Source: Antedon mediterranea
Lineage: Eukaryota > Animalia > Echinodermata
Assembly: GCF_964355755.1 (NCBI RefSeq)
Contig: NC_092672.1
Span: 11,656,001 to 11,720,000 of the forward strand
Direction of reading: 5' to 3'
Length of the DNA stretch: 64,000 nucleotides
Shown here: one piece after another, positions 13,051-25,700 of the stretch
Layout: every line of letters begins with the position of its first letter
How positions within the stretch are numbered: position 1 is the stretch's first letter
Program-made: the position numbers and the translations under genes
Notes under the pieces: generated by a model
The model's input: the letters and a program-made list of their open reading frames with translations, nothing else
What the model was told of the DNA's origin: nothing
The model's database searches: none

Positions 13051-13956
13051 ATGCTACGCGTAAAAAGCTTATACAGTTTGGTTATTATATTTGTCTTAAA
13101 ATTATCAGTTAAGCTAGCAGATGGAGCGACTTTATATAAAGCTCCGAGTGACATCAACGTTTTTGTTGGCGAGTCATTTAACTTAACTTGTGGAATCACA
13201 GATGTAAAGAGCAGTGAAAGTCGTTCTTGGGTCAGAGTGAATGACTTATCATTATCATTCGTATCTCTTGAAGACCGCACATTCACTCCGTTTCGAAATT
13301 ACGAAGTATCACTAACACCGGATTATACTGTAATTGTCACGGATGCAACTTCGTCTTTATCAGGTGTGTACCGATGTGGTGTTGCCATAAGTACTGGAAA
13401 GACCACGTATTCCTTAAATAAATTGGCAACTATTACAGTATCTGTGCTAGAATCTGGACGTACGACACCTACACCTACTACCATTCAACCTATCCAGGCC
13501 ACTTCACTGACAACAGAAATATCTCAACCAGCGATGTCTGAGAAAACTACAGAACAAACCACTACATCGATGGCAGAAAGACCTCGATCAACAACTCCTC
13601 AACCAGCAATGTACGTGGAAATTACAGAACAGACCACAGAATCGATGGCGGAAAGACCTCTAACAACACTTTTGCAAACATCTAAAAACTTTCAGCCGAC
13701 ACAAGAACCTAATGCTGCTGAGAATATTGTTATTTTATCAACCACACATGACGAAAGACCTATTAATACATTTGAAGAATTGGATCACACACTCACCGAA
13801 TTCCCAATGGAGACGATAATGATTACAAATGATACACAAATGATAGAAACAACACTGTCTAGTGAATTATTAGGTCATAATGGAAAAGGGGATTTTACCG
13901 TTGGATTGGTATTCATTTCTTGCATTACTTTTCTTGGTATATACGTGGCCTACTAA
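13051..13956 (+). CDS. Intronless IgV-mucin-GPI protein, copy 3 (type B; divergent Ig face, longer stalk)
   Basis: Inside ORF 12883-13956. Same signal/IgV/stalk/hydrophobic-tail layout as copy 1; NLTC, W and GVYRC conserved; stalk 80 codons longer with repeated PAM..EQTT.SMAERP units. Confidence 0.85.
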   Translation: MLRVKSLYSLVIIFVLKLSVKLADGATLYKAPSDINVFVGESFNLTCGITDVKSSESRSWVRVNDLSLSFVSLEDRTFTPFRNYEVSLTPDYTVIVTDATSSLSGVYRCGVAISTGKTTYSLNKLATITVSVLESGRTTPTPTTIQPIQATSLTTEISQPAMSEKTTEQTTTSMAERPRSTTPQPAMYVEITEQTTESMAERPLTTLLQTSKNFQPTQEPNAAENIVILSTTHDERPINTFEELDHTLTEFPMETIMITNDTQMIETTLSSELLGHNGKGDFTVGLVFISCITFLGIYVAY

Positions 13957-15812
13957 AGTGATTTGATTGGTAAAAACAATTAATACCACCTGGACATAAA
14001 ACTGCAATGGAGTTAAAGAAAATAGCAAATTACACTAGCAAAAGTTAAGGTTTGAATGCGATTTTGACAACCAATACTTGATATACGCTATTCAGTAATA
14101 TTGTTTGATGTTTATGTACAGTACATTATTTTAATAGCCATTTTATAATATCAGCACCAGTAACTCTATTATGAAGTAACCCATATATGTATTTCGTATA
14201 TTACGGGAATCATCATTTGCTTGCCTAGCATTTACTGTTGTATGTTATTTTCTTTTATAGGCGCGCCTAAATGTAATGTTGGTTTGTAAACAATATCAAC
14301 GGATATTGACTCTTTATATCTTGTTTGTTACAATTTAAAAACTAACTATCCTTTGATTCTAATTCAATACCACATAGGGAAAAATATATTATGGGAGATC
14401 ACACACCCTGTTTTTTGTTGTTCAATACTTGTGATGGATAATACATTTCTATACATATGTAGGCCTATAATCTTGTTATATAATTTCTATATGCTATTTT
14501 GTATTTCATCTTTATAATTGCTTTAATTAATAAGATATAGTATATTAATAAACGATTAGATTCAGTATCTTTGATTTCCACTTGTTTAACTTTAAAATGC
14601 TTTTATTTTCTGTATTGTTATGTAGGCCTATTATCAGTATTCGGTATTTTAATAAAGGGATAGCGGCTGAAATGAGTCCACAACACGTTATTTTAATTCA
14701 GATATTTCTAGTTCGGCCTAAAGCACAGTATTAGGCCTACCTATCGTTGAAATTGTTGTCTCAAATTAGGCTATCCTTAATCGTTTGTTTAAGCTATCAA
14801 AGTGGATGCTCACACACGTCCCTAATTAGTCACAAAGAATTAAGTTAGATTCTTATACTGCTTCAATGTGTGTTGTTGATATAATGTCAAGCGACTCCTT
14901 ATTTCTTCCTTGTATTATTCTGATTCGTGTTTAGACAGACCAGCAACAAATCATTTTCTTCTTTTATGGTGGGTTTTATTTATTTACACAATTCATATTG
15001 ACGACCTGCTGTGTTGAATACAGTTTATGAATGTCTCATCTCTATAACTGTACAATGTTGAAATTCACTTTTACAAAATAAAATGGCATGAGTTTCAAAT
15101 GTACCGCGTTGTCAACCTCGCACTATAAGATATAATACGGTATTAGTCAGCACACAGTTGCATCAGAGTGGATTATAGTTTTTCTCTTTCCATCGACGAT
15201 GATAACCCTATTTTTGTTTATTACAAGAAAAAAAACCTCAAAAAACTGCGTCCCAAAGTTTTAGAAATCTTCCTGTGTAGGCCATTGTGCATATACAATT
15301 TACCGAATAGAGTCAAAGACACATTCCATTATTCAACCTTAATAATACCATGATACAGTATTAAAGTGTGAAGCACATGAGAACGTAAGCCAACACAAGT
15401 CATTTGACCAATCATAAGTGCTGGATTATTTGAAATGGTGCATGTAATTGGTCAACGCGTTGGGTCATGTGCTACGTCTTTGCGTTGCGTTCTTGGGGGA
15501 ACCAAGCTTTATCAATTTGTTGAAAGCTCAATATTGATTATCTATCGTCTCTTAAAATACAGATTATACTGCAATTATAATTTAATCCAGATGATCATGG
15601 CTAAGCAAAAAAAAAATCATAAACTTGTTGAAAGAAATTAGGCCTAGGATTATCAGGATCAGGATTATTATGGAAGAATTGTATTATTATTCCGTTACCG
15701 ATAACATGCTTCAGTAACATGCTTCAGTGACTTTATATGAATGGCCGAGCGCAGTTGAGTTTAGCAAGGTCTTCTTTCTCCCCACACTCTAATATCAATG
15801 ATTAGGTCAGGG

Positions 15813-15976
15813 CAGTGGTGGCGCCAGGATCTTCCCGACGCGGGGGCTACATTCCCCGACGAGGGGGCTATGCGAGCGAAGCGAGCATCACTAGGCTGGG
15901 GGCCAGGGGGCTAGGGCTAGGCTCCCCGACGAGGGGGGACTAGAGCCCCCACAGCCCCCCGCTGGCGCCACCACTG
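15813..15976. mobile_element. hAT-type MITE
   Basis: 15-bp TIR CAGTGGTGGCGCCAG/CTGGCGCCACCACTG with a perfect 8-bp TSD GGTCAGGG (15805-15812, 15977-15984). Confidence 0.9.
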
Positions 15977-16952
15977 GGTCAGGGCCGTCATGCTACGTCT
16001 CCGTATATAGATAAGGTACACCTTTATTTAAAACACAAAATGTAAGCCTAATATAATATAAGTTAGGTTTAACACTTCATTTTACAATAATGTAGGCGCA
16101 CACCACTTGCCTTCCCCTTATTAAAAAAAATTAATACGCCACTGCGCACGGAGACTATTACACGTGAAAATAGATATAACACTAATCATCTTTTTCAATA
16201 AGATTCCAACCAGCACAAAATTATGTAATAATACAGATTATGATGACACATCATTCTGAACGTTCTCCGATTAAAAAAAATGTGAATGCAGTACACATCA
16301 TATTGTATCGTACTAGGCCTACATTTATTTCATAATATGGATACTGGAAATTACGTATGCTAAAAATAGATATAAAAACATAGGATTTTCAGGTGGTTTA
16401 GCGACGCCCCTGGATTGTAAGGGTGTGAAACATATTTATACATTATGACATGCTTACACCACCATGTATTACCGTATGCATAATGAATATTGGAACATTT
16501 TTAGAAATAATTAGTATAACTTTAACGAAACTCAGGGCAGATTAATCTCACTCTTCCTTGGTAACCAAAACCATAATCGCTTCAAAATATAAACATATAG
16601 GACCTAACATCAAAAAATGATTTTTAATTTATTCAAATAAATTAATATGATCTCAAAAACATAATTATATAAAAAGTTTAATAAAATCGGAATATATATG
16701 ATCTTATACAAGAAAAGTGTATTATAACTTGATTAAACATAAAGTAAATCATGAACATGCCATAGACCTAACAAATCATCAACAAAACAAAGAAACAATT
16801 AACACACTCCATGTATTTCCGATGAACTCATTTTCGACCTACATTTGGCATAATTACATCCGAGAACAAAAAATGCATGCCAGTTGTATTTTGCATGAAG
16901 TTACTCTATAAATAACAAAATAATTTGACATTTTGAAAGTAATTTCTAACTC

Positions 16953-17365
16953 TGTCACGCCCCGATTGAAGTTAACTATATGGCTACTGAAGAACGCAAT
17001 TAAAAGTATATATACAGATATATAATATTATCAACTGAATGTCTTTATTTCTTTGTCCGCCGGTCACTTCTTCGTGGACTTGTTCACTACCAATTACATT
17101 CCAATCATACATAAACAATCATGTGTATACTCGGCTTGGTTTACGGTTTACTACAAATGGTGGTCGGACAGTTACGTATTGGTACCAACTTCAGCCCAAC
17201 GGGCAGCACTACAAACAAACGTTAACGTTTAATTGTTACAGTTATCTACGTTAGCACAGAATTACATTGTAACCTATACATCATCGTTATTACAAGTATA
17301 TAATCTTACAATAAATGAGTATCTTACTTACAATGGTCAATCTGTATTATTGCTGAGGTGCGACA
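16953..17365 (-). mobile_element. Possible solo LTR
   Basis: TGTCAC...GCGACA termini, AATAAA on the minus strand at ~17045, near-TSD actc/cctc (1 mismatch). Confidence 0.4.
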
Positions 17366-17680
17366 CCTCCCTTCTCTACAAGGTTGATGTGAGGTGTAAT
17401 TACTACATTCCTCCGCAATTCTTTTATACGGTAATACACCTGACTAGTTCTATGCAAATTACCCTTTGCGTTTAACTTTAAATATCCGTCACTGTTGACT
17501 GTGACAAACTCAAAGGATATCTCGATAAAACCGACACATGGATAACAAATATAAGCCATTATATTCTTTACCATATCAACCATGAGTCTCTGTAGCAACA
17601 CATATTTTTATTTTTACAGTTTTGGTTCTCTAATGAAATATGTAGTATGTATAGCGCCCGATTCTGTCATCAGATAATCT

Positions 17681-17845
17681 AAAACTCTGTCTACACTATC
17701 AAACAAAATTGACAAACAAATGTGATGTGCCCATATATAGACATGATGGTGTCATATCACTACCATATTTGGGAATGTCGCTGTCATATTTGGGTATATC
17801 ACACTGTTTTTGTCAAATTAGTTTGATAGTGTACTCATAGCTTTA
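17681..17845. mobile_element. Small palindromic MITE family (related copies ~23105-23228 and ~48357-48515)
   Basis: Termini ctctgtctacactatcaaac ... gtttgatagtgta; shared internal gtgatgtgccca/catatcactacc motifs in three places. Confidence 0.65.
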
Positions 17846-20280
17846 CTGACTGCCGTCATGCACAAAAATAAGCATTAAATACAATTATCATACAACTCAG
17901 CTAGAGTTTATGTCTAACTGACTGTCGATAGTCAGTTAGATATTATATGATGACAGCTGCTGAATCGAATCGGGTGGTACCGTAACATAACATTCAAACA
18001 TTCTAAACTTTCATTTATTTATATGGCCTACAATAAATTGTATCAATAGGCTTCATGAAGTTGACATGTGGGCCTAGTGAAAATAACATTAACAATCCAA
18101 TAAAGAAAGGACACAGACATCTATAAAATGTTGCATTGTTTTCTATGCTACAGGCTGGTACAATTTGTCTTCAATATAATTCTGGGCTTCATATAGTGTA
18201 TATAGACTGCTGGTGTGATTAGCCTTTAAACTAGCTACAATGTTGTATTAATTATTTAAATCTCAAAAAATAAATGTAGGCCCCTACATCCAAAGCTAAT
18301 GAAGTTAAGATCATTATATGAACTTAAATATGAAACAATTCCATTAATGAACTGAAATTAACCCCGAATGCATAACAAGTCTTGAATATAAAATGAACGC
18401 AAGATAGAAACTATGTACTACTAGAAAAACACATATATAATAATTATTATATATTATATTATATCAAAAGATCAATAAACTTAAATAGAGACTTAAGACG
18501 AAATTCACAAAAATTATAAGGTAGGGTAGGACTACAGAACTATTCACAACTTATATAACAGATAACAGCATTTTGATTGAAACAGCACATCAATTTAATA
18601 AACATTTTACTTCAATTAGGAAACTTTCTCGCTAAATAATTTTCAATTACTCTAATTAAAGGCCAATTTACAGACGAGCGATGACGGTAAGCGAAAAACC
18701 GCGTAGCAAATAGAATTAATAATGTATCTATCGTGAGCGGAAACCTCCCGTCCGCCGCTCCGCGTTTTGTGTACCGTAGTAGATGTAGATTCTATACATT
18801 TACCACCGTTACCACTTATGTTAGCCATAATGTTCAATATTAATACTATTACGACAGTGTTTTTCTTTGATGAAATAATTATTTATTATTTATTTTATTA
18901 TTGATAGGTCTATCGAGGTAAATTGTTTTTAAAAAAGTGTAGGGTCATCATTAAACACGGATACATTAATTGCTAATGTTATAGCATGTAATACAAAAAA
19001 GGCTCCTTGGATGATAGTTAAGTTCCTAATGCAAAGTACTGTAATATGGCAATATTTATTTAATGCAATAATTTTACAGAGGATGTTTTTTTTACATTGT
19101 TGCGGAAGCGATTTTATGTTATGAGGCAATGTGTTAGAAAATTCGATTTAAAACTGCTAATAATTTAAGACTCGGAATACAGCATTTTTTTATTTAGTTT
19201 TTTGTTGTTCACCAAAACGAGATGACACAGTATTAATGTAGATGTTATAATTAATACAATTAATTTGTATCCTTTAATTTGTCCTATATAAATAAGAGAG
19301 GCAACATAGCTTACAAGTACAGTAGGCTTATGTAATTTATCTAATTATGAATTTTATTATGTAATTCGTCATGTCAAAATCTACATAGACGTCTAAAGTT
19401 ACATTTAGATTTGAACTTTACGATAATAAGAATTTATGATACCAGGGAAGAGTTTGCTTTTAATAAGTTTACAAAGTAATTAAATTATATTGGTTTCGGG
19501 TACATCTTAAGAAAGTTGTGAAACAAGGCCAAGTAATTATAATTCTGGAAGCATGATAGTAGAGAAGGCCACAGTTTATTCAGAATCACACTTTCAAAAC
19601 AAAATTGCTGTCTGAGTTTGAAATATTGTCCCTTTTATGATGCAGTATGAAATACACACATGCTTAGATATCATATACGGATCAAAATGTCTTCCTTCAA
19701 AAGCCTAGTTATACTTTACAAACTTTATATTACCAAAATTGTGTTCGCAAATTCTAGGTTTGCCATAATTAGGAAAGTTTGTGATTAATTTATAAACTAT
19801 GATAGTTATCTATCCGGAGGATACACAAGTATGTTATTCGAGTTCACAAACCTCATCAAACTACTGTAATAGCAAGAAGGTACACACACAACATGACTTC
19901 TACAGAGTTGTCAACAGTTTTGAAGTTGACCACCAACTGCCCAACAAAGAGCAAACTTTGTAAAACAGCTTGCCAAAATTGGAAACTAAATTCGCCCAAA
20001 TCAGCAAGATCCTAATTGATTAAACCTACATGTGCTTCAAAATATCTAATAACAGACATCCTAATGTACAGTAGGCCTATATCCTATTTTGTCGAAATAA
20101 AAAGGAAAATGTTTTCCTTTCTGTTCGATACTTTAGATCCCCATCATCCTTATGAAGACCACATACTTATTGACGAGTTAGGCCTACCGTACTTTATTTT
20201 ATCGTTCGACTGACATTTTCCTGAACTTCTGATGATGAATAGCGTGAATATGATCTCCTGAATGTAGGAATAAGGCCCAT

Positions 20281-20459
20281 TTATTATAGGACGATACATA
20301 TCGACGATAAGTAGATAAAAATGAATCTTTCTTACATAAATACAAGACAGAATAAATGGTTACCATAGTTCTAGAATGAACATTTTCTAATTTCTTGTTT
20401 TATGGATGCTAAATGCAATACTTTTTTTGTTATCGTCGATCGTTACCGTCCTACAATAA
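20281..20459. mobile_element. Small palindromic MITE
   Basis: ttattataggacga...tcgacgataa versus ttatcgtcga...cgtcctacaataa inverted ends. Confidence 0.5.
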
Positions 20460-21486
20460 TGTGTAGCAGCATATAGGCCTACGAAGAAAATTTGGAAGAA
20501 TTATAAACTCTTTATGAGTTTTTATCCATGCAAAGGAGGAAAGAAAGAATACACTTTCACCAATTGTATTATGCTTGTATGAATTTGTGGAAATACATGT
20601 AGATATGGAAGTGGTTTGTTTGGCCGATTGATTTCCAACAATGAATATAGAAAATGTCTGAATATGCCACGAAAAATAAATATAATAGGTAAAGGTAACG
20701 AATTAATTTGAAATATGTAATATTTAAAGGTTTACATTTCTTCAAATAATATGAGTGAACACACATGAATACGTAATACAAAAGGAGATAACAAAGATTT
20801 AGAAAAATTGTATGTGCGAATTGCTCATTTTCGTCTCAAAGCTTCAAGGTAATGATACATTCTTCAGAAATACAAACAAATAAACATGATTGTCGATGAT
20901 CTGTTTCATGTTGTTCATACATGTTTAAAGGGTGAAACGACTCAAATAAATAATTAAAATAAACCTTTTCAACCACATTTGTGGAATTTATTTTAAAATA
21001 TATAACAAATAGTTAGTAGCACAAATGTTACACATGTATTCTAAAAGAGCACCAACTAAACACAAGTTATCCATGGTTAAATCGTATGAAAATGTTACAA
21101 ATTCATTCATAAATATGAATTACTTAACATTTTAAAATATAATAATTAAAATGTTACAAGTATTAAAGCAGGGTTAGAAACTCTAAAAATCCTTTAATTG
21201 GATACTGTGTTTTTACTGCCTTGCATGAAATTTCATTTTTTAATTAAATAAAATGATTGGTTAGTTATTTGTTGTTTAAATCTATTTCGTAATTATAAAT
21301 GTTAATTTTTTCGTTTATTTATCTACTTTATTTACTATAAAAGAAGTTGTCATTGTCATTTTATTGAATGTTTATTTATTTGTATATATTTTTTTTATTA
21401 TAAGATCCGAAAGTTCTTTAAAAAAAGAGAGTAATGTAATGCAATTAAAATTTGAAAATTTACAATTTCAAGTGCAAACTAGAAGG

Positions 21487-21907
21487 TTATAACCAAAGAA
21501 CTTATAACACAAGAATCTCCTGTTCTTCAATTTGCATTCAAAACACAGTATCGGAAGTACAGGGTTAAAAGGTCAAACTGGGCGACGCCATTTCACAGCA
21601 TGAAGCAGCGCCCCCTCCAAACTAGGAAGTCAATTACTCTACCCCCTTGAGTATTAGCAGATCCCCTCTATGATTTTGACTTTCTAATTTGATGCGGGCG
21701 CCCTACTCCTCAGTCAATTACTCTATCCCCCTAGAGCATTAGCAGATCTCCTCTATGATTTTGACTTTCTAATTTGATGCGGGCGCCCTACTCCATGGCT
21801 CACAATGGCGCCACCCATAGCTCTATTCTATCCCACAATGCCTTTCGAAATTGTTACGCGCTTCGGACGAACAGGAGATTCTTGCGTTAAAAGTTCTTTG
21901 GTTATAA
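21487..21907. mobile_element. TA-flanked palindromic MITE with an internal ~84-bp tandem duplication
   Basis: TIR ttataaccaaagaact..aaca..agaatctcctgttc / gaacaggagattcttg..ttaa.agttctttggttataa; internal repeat 21629-21712 / 21713-21795. Confidence 0.7.
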
Positions 21908-22604
21908 CTTACAGAAACTACTGTACATTTGATAATACATAATTAAAGTTGTATATAATTGATGATGAGATTGATAAATGTTTTTTACTACTTTAAACAA
22001 ATATTTGTTTGGTTTATTCTGATTCAGTAAATATTTACAAATAATTAAAAACACATATTTCCAATTTATAATAAAATTTGGGACACTCCTATTTAGATGA
22101 CACACTTTTCTACAAAGGAATAATGGCCATACTGTAAATAGCCCTTTTTACTTCTTTTCTTTTCCAACTGAATGCTGTAAATTTGGTAACACTCTAAAAT
22201 AATATGATTGTTTTACATATTTCCCTGCCAAATTTAAATATTTGCCAAGGAAGCAAAAAAGAAGAAAGGCTTACAGGATATAATCAATTAATTATAGAGT
22301 TTGATTGTTGAGACAACAGTCATACAATATTTCTATTTCTTTGACATTCAAATACAGCCTATCTTGAAAAAGAGGCCCATACAATCTTGGACTTGATTTC
22401 GAGATGGCCATCTTTTTGAGATTACTTTTTGCAAACCACAGGAAGGGCTTATTTTTTAGATGGGCTTCTTTTTAAAAGGTTTTATTGTAAACACAGTGAT
22501 TAATATAAAAATATTAAAATTAATAATCAATTATCCTGATTAAAATGAGATAAAACAATTAGGAAGCTATTGCAATTTCTCTGAAACCTTTCACTCAATA
22601 GTTT

Positions 22605-22775
22605 TTATGTACAGCCACAGTGAAAGAAGATGTTGGTTCCCTGTCAACCTTGAACTCCATATGTTTATGTACAGCCACAGTGAAAGAAGGCCGTTGGTTC
22701 TCTGTCAACCTTAAACTCCATATTTGTTATGTACAGCCACAGTGAAAAAAGGCTGTTGGTTCTCTAACAACCTTA
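22605..22775 (-). repeat. ~60-bp tandem triplication of the last PHD codons and stop codon of the TCF19-like gene
   Basis: Unit ttatgtacagccacagtgaaa..agg..gttggttc.ct..caacctt occurs three times. Confidence 0.85.
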
Positions 22776-25700
22776 TAATCACAGTCCATACAAGTCACAT
22801 GATACCAGTCGTCACAATCATCACATTGGACCTAAAGGCATAAAATTATTAATGTTATTATACTACTACTGTATTATGAATTGAATTCTCAATAATGAAT
22901 TACTATCCTTCTCAAAGGTGTCACAAGCCTGTTCACAAAACTAATTACATGACGCTATACGCAAACAAAGTATGTATTACCAGTTTTTTACCCAATGGAG
23001 TGGATTTAATATGTACGTATGTGATTGTCATTTCTATGTCATAGAGCTGGAATTAACACCTAATTAGCACTAAAGTAGCACACTAAAGGTGAATATTTGT
23101 ACTTAAGCTTAGTTTGGCACTAACAATTTGTGATGTACTCAAATATGGCAGTAATATGCACAAATATGGTAGTGATATGCCATCATCATGTCCATATATG
23201 GACACATAACACTTTTTTTTGTCACAAAGTTTCATAGTATAGACAGAGAATTTTATAGACTAGAATTTTTTAATCCACTGATTATGATATGAACACAGGC
23301 AAACACTACCCAAAATACAGGCAAGTTACAGGGTAAAACTAAATGTTTTTCTTGCTGTAAACCAGCACAAACATTTTACTATTATTTATTGGCTGAGCAA
23401 GATAAATAAATTGGTACAAACAGTGCAAAAACTATTGTTTTAAAACCAATATAATTTTATACACACACTTCCCTCCTTTCATAAAGTGCCAAAAGCTGTA
23501 GGTTGATTAGGTTGGCTTACATAAAAATTTGCTATTCAATTATGAACAAACCCTTACCATACTATAATTTGTACAAATGTATACATTTATTGACAAATAT
23601 AATTATTATTTGCTAACTAAATAAATGAACTCGGAAAACAGTGCAAAAGCTATCGTTTTAAAAGAAATATTATTTTATACACACAACTCTTTTCATAAAG
23701 TGCAAAGAGTTATAGGTTAAATAAATTGGCTACATACAAATTTACCAATCAATTATGAACAAAATACTTACCACTAAAATTATATGTATTTCTACCATGT
23801 GTATATGTTTATTGAATATAATTATTATTATTTGCTAATTAAATAAATATTGGTGAAAAAAGTGCAAAAGCTATTGTTAAAAACAATATTATTTTATACA
23901 CACACCTTTCATAAAGTGCAAAGAGCTGCTGTGGGTTGATTTGATTTTCTTGCACTAGCATTTGCCTTTATAAAAATGAACAAAACGCTTACAACTAAAA
24001 TTATATGTACTTGAGAACTTTAACCTTTATTGAGTATATAGTGTACAGTAGTTAACGTTTTCAATCAATTATTATTCATGATGGGGTATCAGCACTCTTT
24101 ATTATGGCACGCGATATAAGAAAAAGATTTACGCAGCTGATCACATGAAACACAGTGGAGATTACTTTACTTCTTACAAAAGAAATAAATTATTGCGCTA
24201 TCACAAAATTTTCCAAAAAGCAATCTAGATGTCATATACCAACTTTTGACTTTTGGGTTCACATTTTCAAAAGCAACACAACTAAAAATTGTACCAGCAA
24301 AAATGTCATAGAACTTGCTGTATGAGACAAAATGAAACTTTACTTCATACAATGAACTGTGACACATATACAGATGACTTTAAATGCTATATGACACTCG
24401 GATAGAACGTTACTATTTTACAAAGCAACAAAATATCTAGTGCATATTAAAATATTTTATGAGTAGTAACAATTAGAATGAACAAAAATAGTGTTGACGA
24501 ATCCCACAAAGAACTGTGTTGTCGTAATGGTGGTTGATCTAGAAGTCAACTAGATAGAGGCTGATGTGGTTCTAACTTCTAGTAAGCCAGTGTGACGACT
24601 TAAACCGGAAACAAAGGTGCATCTTGGGTCTAGGGCAAATACAATTATTTGAACAAATGGGGTGAAGCATAACATAACTCCCGTCCTTTGAGAGTCAATG
24701 TAAATCATGTGAAATACACATGTAAGAGGATCATAAAACTGAAAGAAATTGAATTTAGTTTATTGGTTGACAGGAGGAGAGACTCATGCTGTCAAAAGAT
24801 GTGACTTAAAAAAACATGAGTAAAAAAACTAAACCCCAAAAAAAATCAAAACTAAACCCAAAACCAGCTGTCACCACACCGACTAGTTCCGTGATATAAA
24901 TCAGCATGATTGTAGGAACTCATAATGATAAAGATAAAATTGGGAAACAATAAACAACTTCTAATTAGCCTGAAATTGGACAGCGTTGTCTCTCTCCCCA
25001 CACTCTTTATTATCTTACCCATGAAATTGTGTTGTCCACAGGTATACAACAATCAATACTTGCACATTTCTCAGGCACAAATACCTCTGATTTGGATTTG
25101 GAAGAGTAGTTACGATACGTACCTAAATAGTTGGAAGAAAAATATTTCAGTATTTGATAATTATTCACTTCGATTTATGTAACATATAGTATAATCATTT
25201 ACAATGAAACAAATATCTTTTTTTTATAAAATTACTGGTGGTGTATAATAAGTAGTAGTAGTAATCTATAGTATCTTCGTTTTGGATCTGACACAATTTG
25301 ATATCTAGCTTTAATTTCTGGTTGTAAATTTAATGTTTAAGCAAAAACAACCATCCCGGTCGAATTATCATCTACTTTATTTACAGTCCCTTTTGTTTTC
25401 TTAATAGGAATGTCTTCTCATTGTTGTATTTTTCTCTTTTTGGTTTTCTTTCTTTGGACACATCTTCAAAAGTGCGCCACTGAAAGTGCAGGGCCAATTA
25501 AGTATTATTAAACTCAAAAAGCCCAATTAAGGTGGTAACTTTGTTTGTTTGTTTTATCTTTATACTGGGTGACCTCTTCAGTCAGAGACTGATCTCCCAG
25601 AGGGCCCAGTTGGTGATCAGTGGCTGTGATGTACTAAAACACCGGGGTAACCCCCTACTCGTCTCGAAAGATGTACTAGGTTCTTTAAAGTGCACACGAG

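Larger units (their letters stand above)
1..14085 (+). repeat. Tandem segmental duplication array carrying the Ig genes (period ~6.2 kb between copies 1 and 2)
   Basis: 262-3410 matches 7283-9583; 4390-5210 matches 9918-11000; 5400-5805 matches 11870-12258; 1-250 matches 3449-3910 (3' flank of another copy upstream of the window). Confidence 0.85.

Noticed and set aside
2590-13956. RAG-type V(D)J segments or an endogenous virus
   Set aside because: No heptamer/nonamer RSS or FGxG J motif noticed, the V domains are complete in one exon, and no viral hallmark genes flank the array.
22605-24030. CRISPR-like repeat arrays
   Set aside because: Eukaryotic context; these are contiguous tandem units without unique spacers and with no cas genes.
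25380-25480. Lys-rich cassette exon in TCF19-like intron 5
   Set aside because: Entering in the required phase 1 hits TGA after four codons; exons 5 and 6 join in frame without it.
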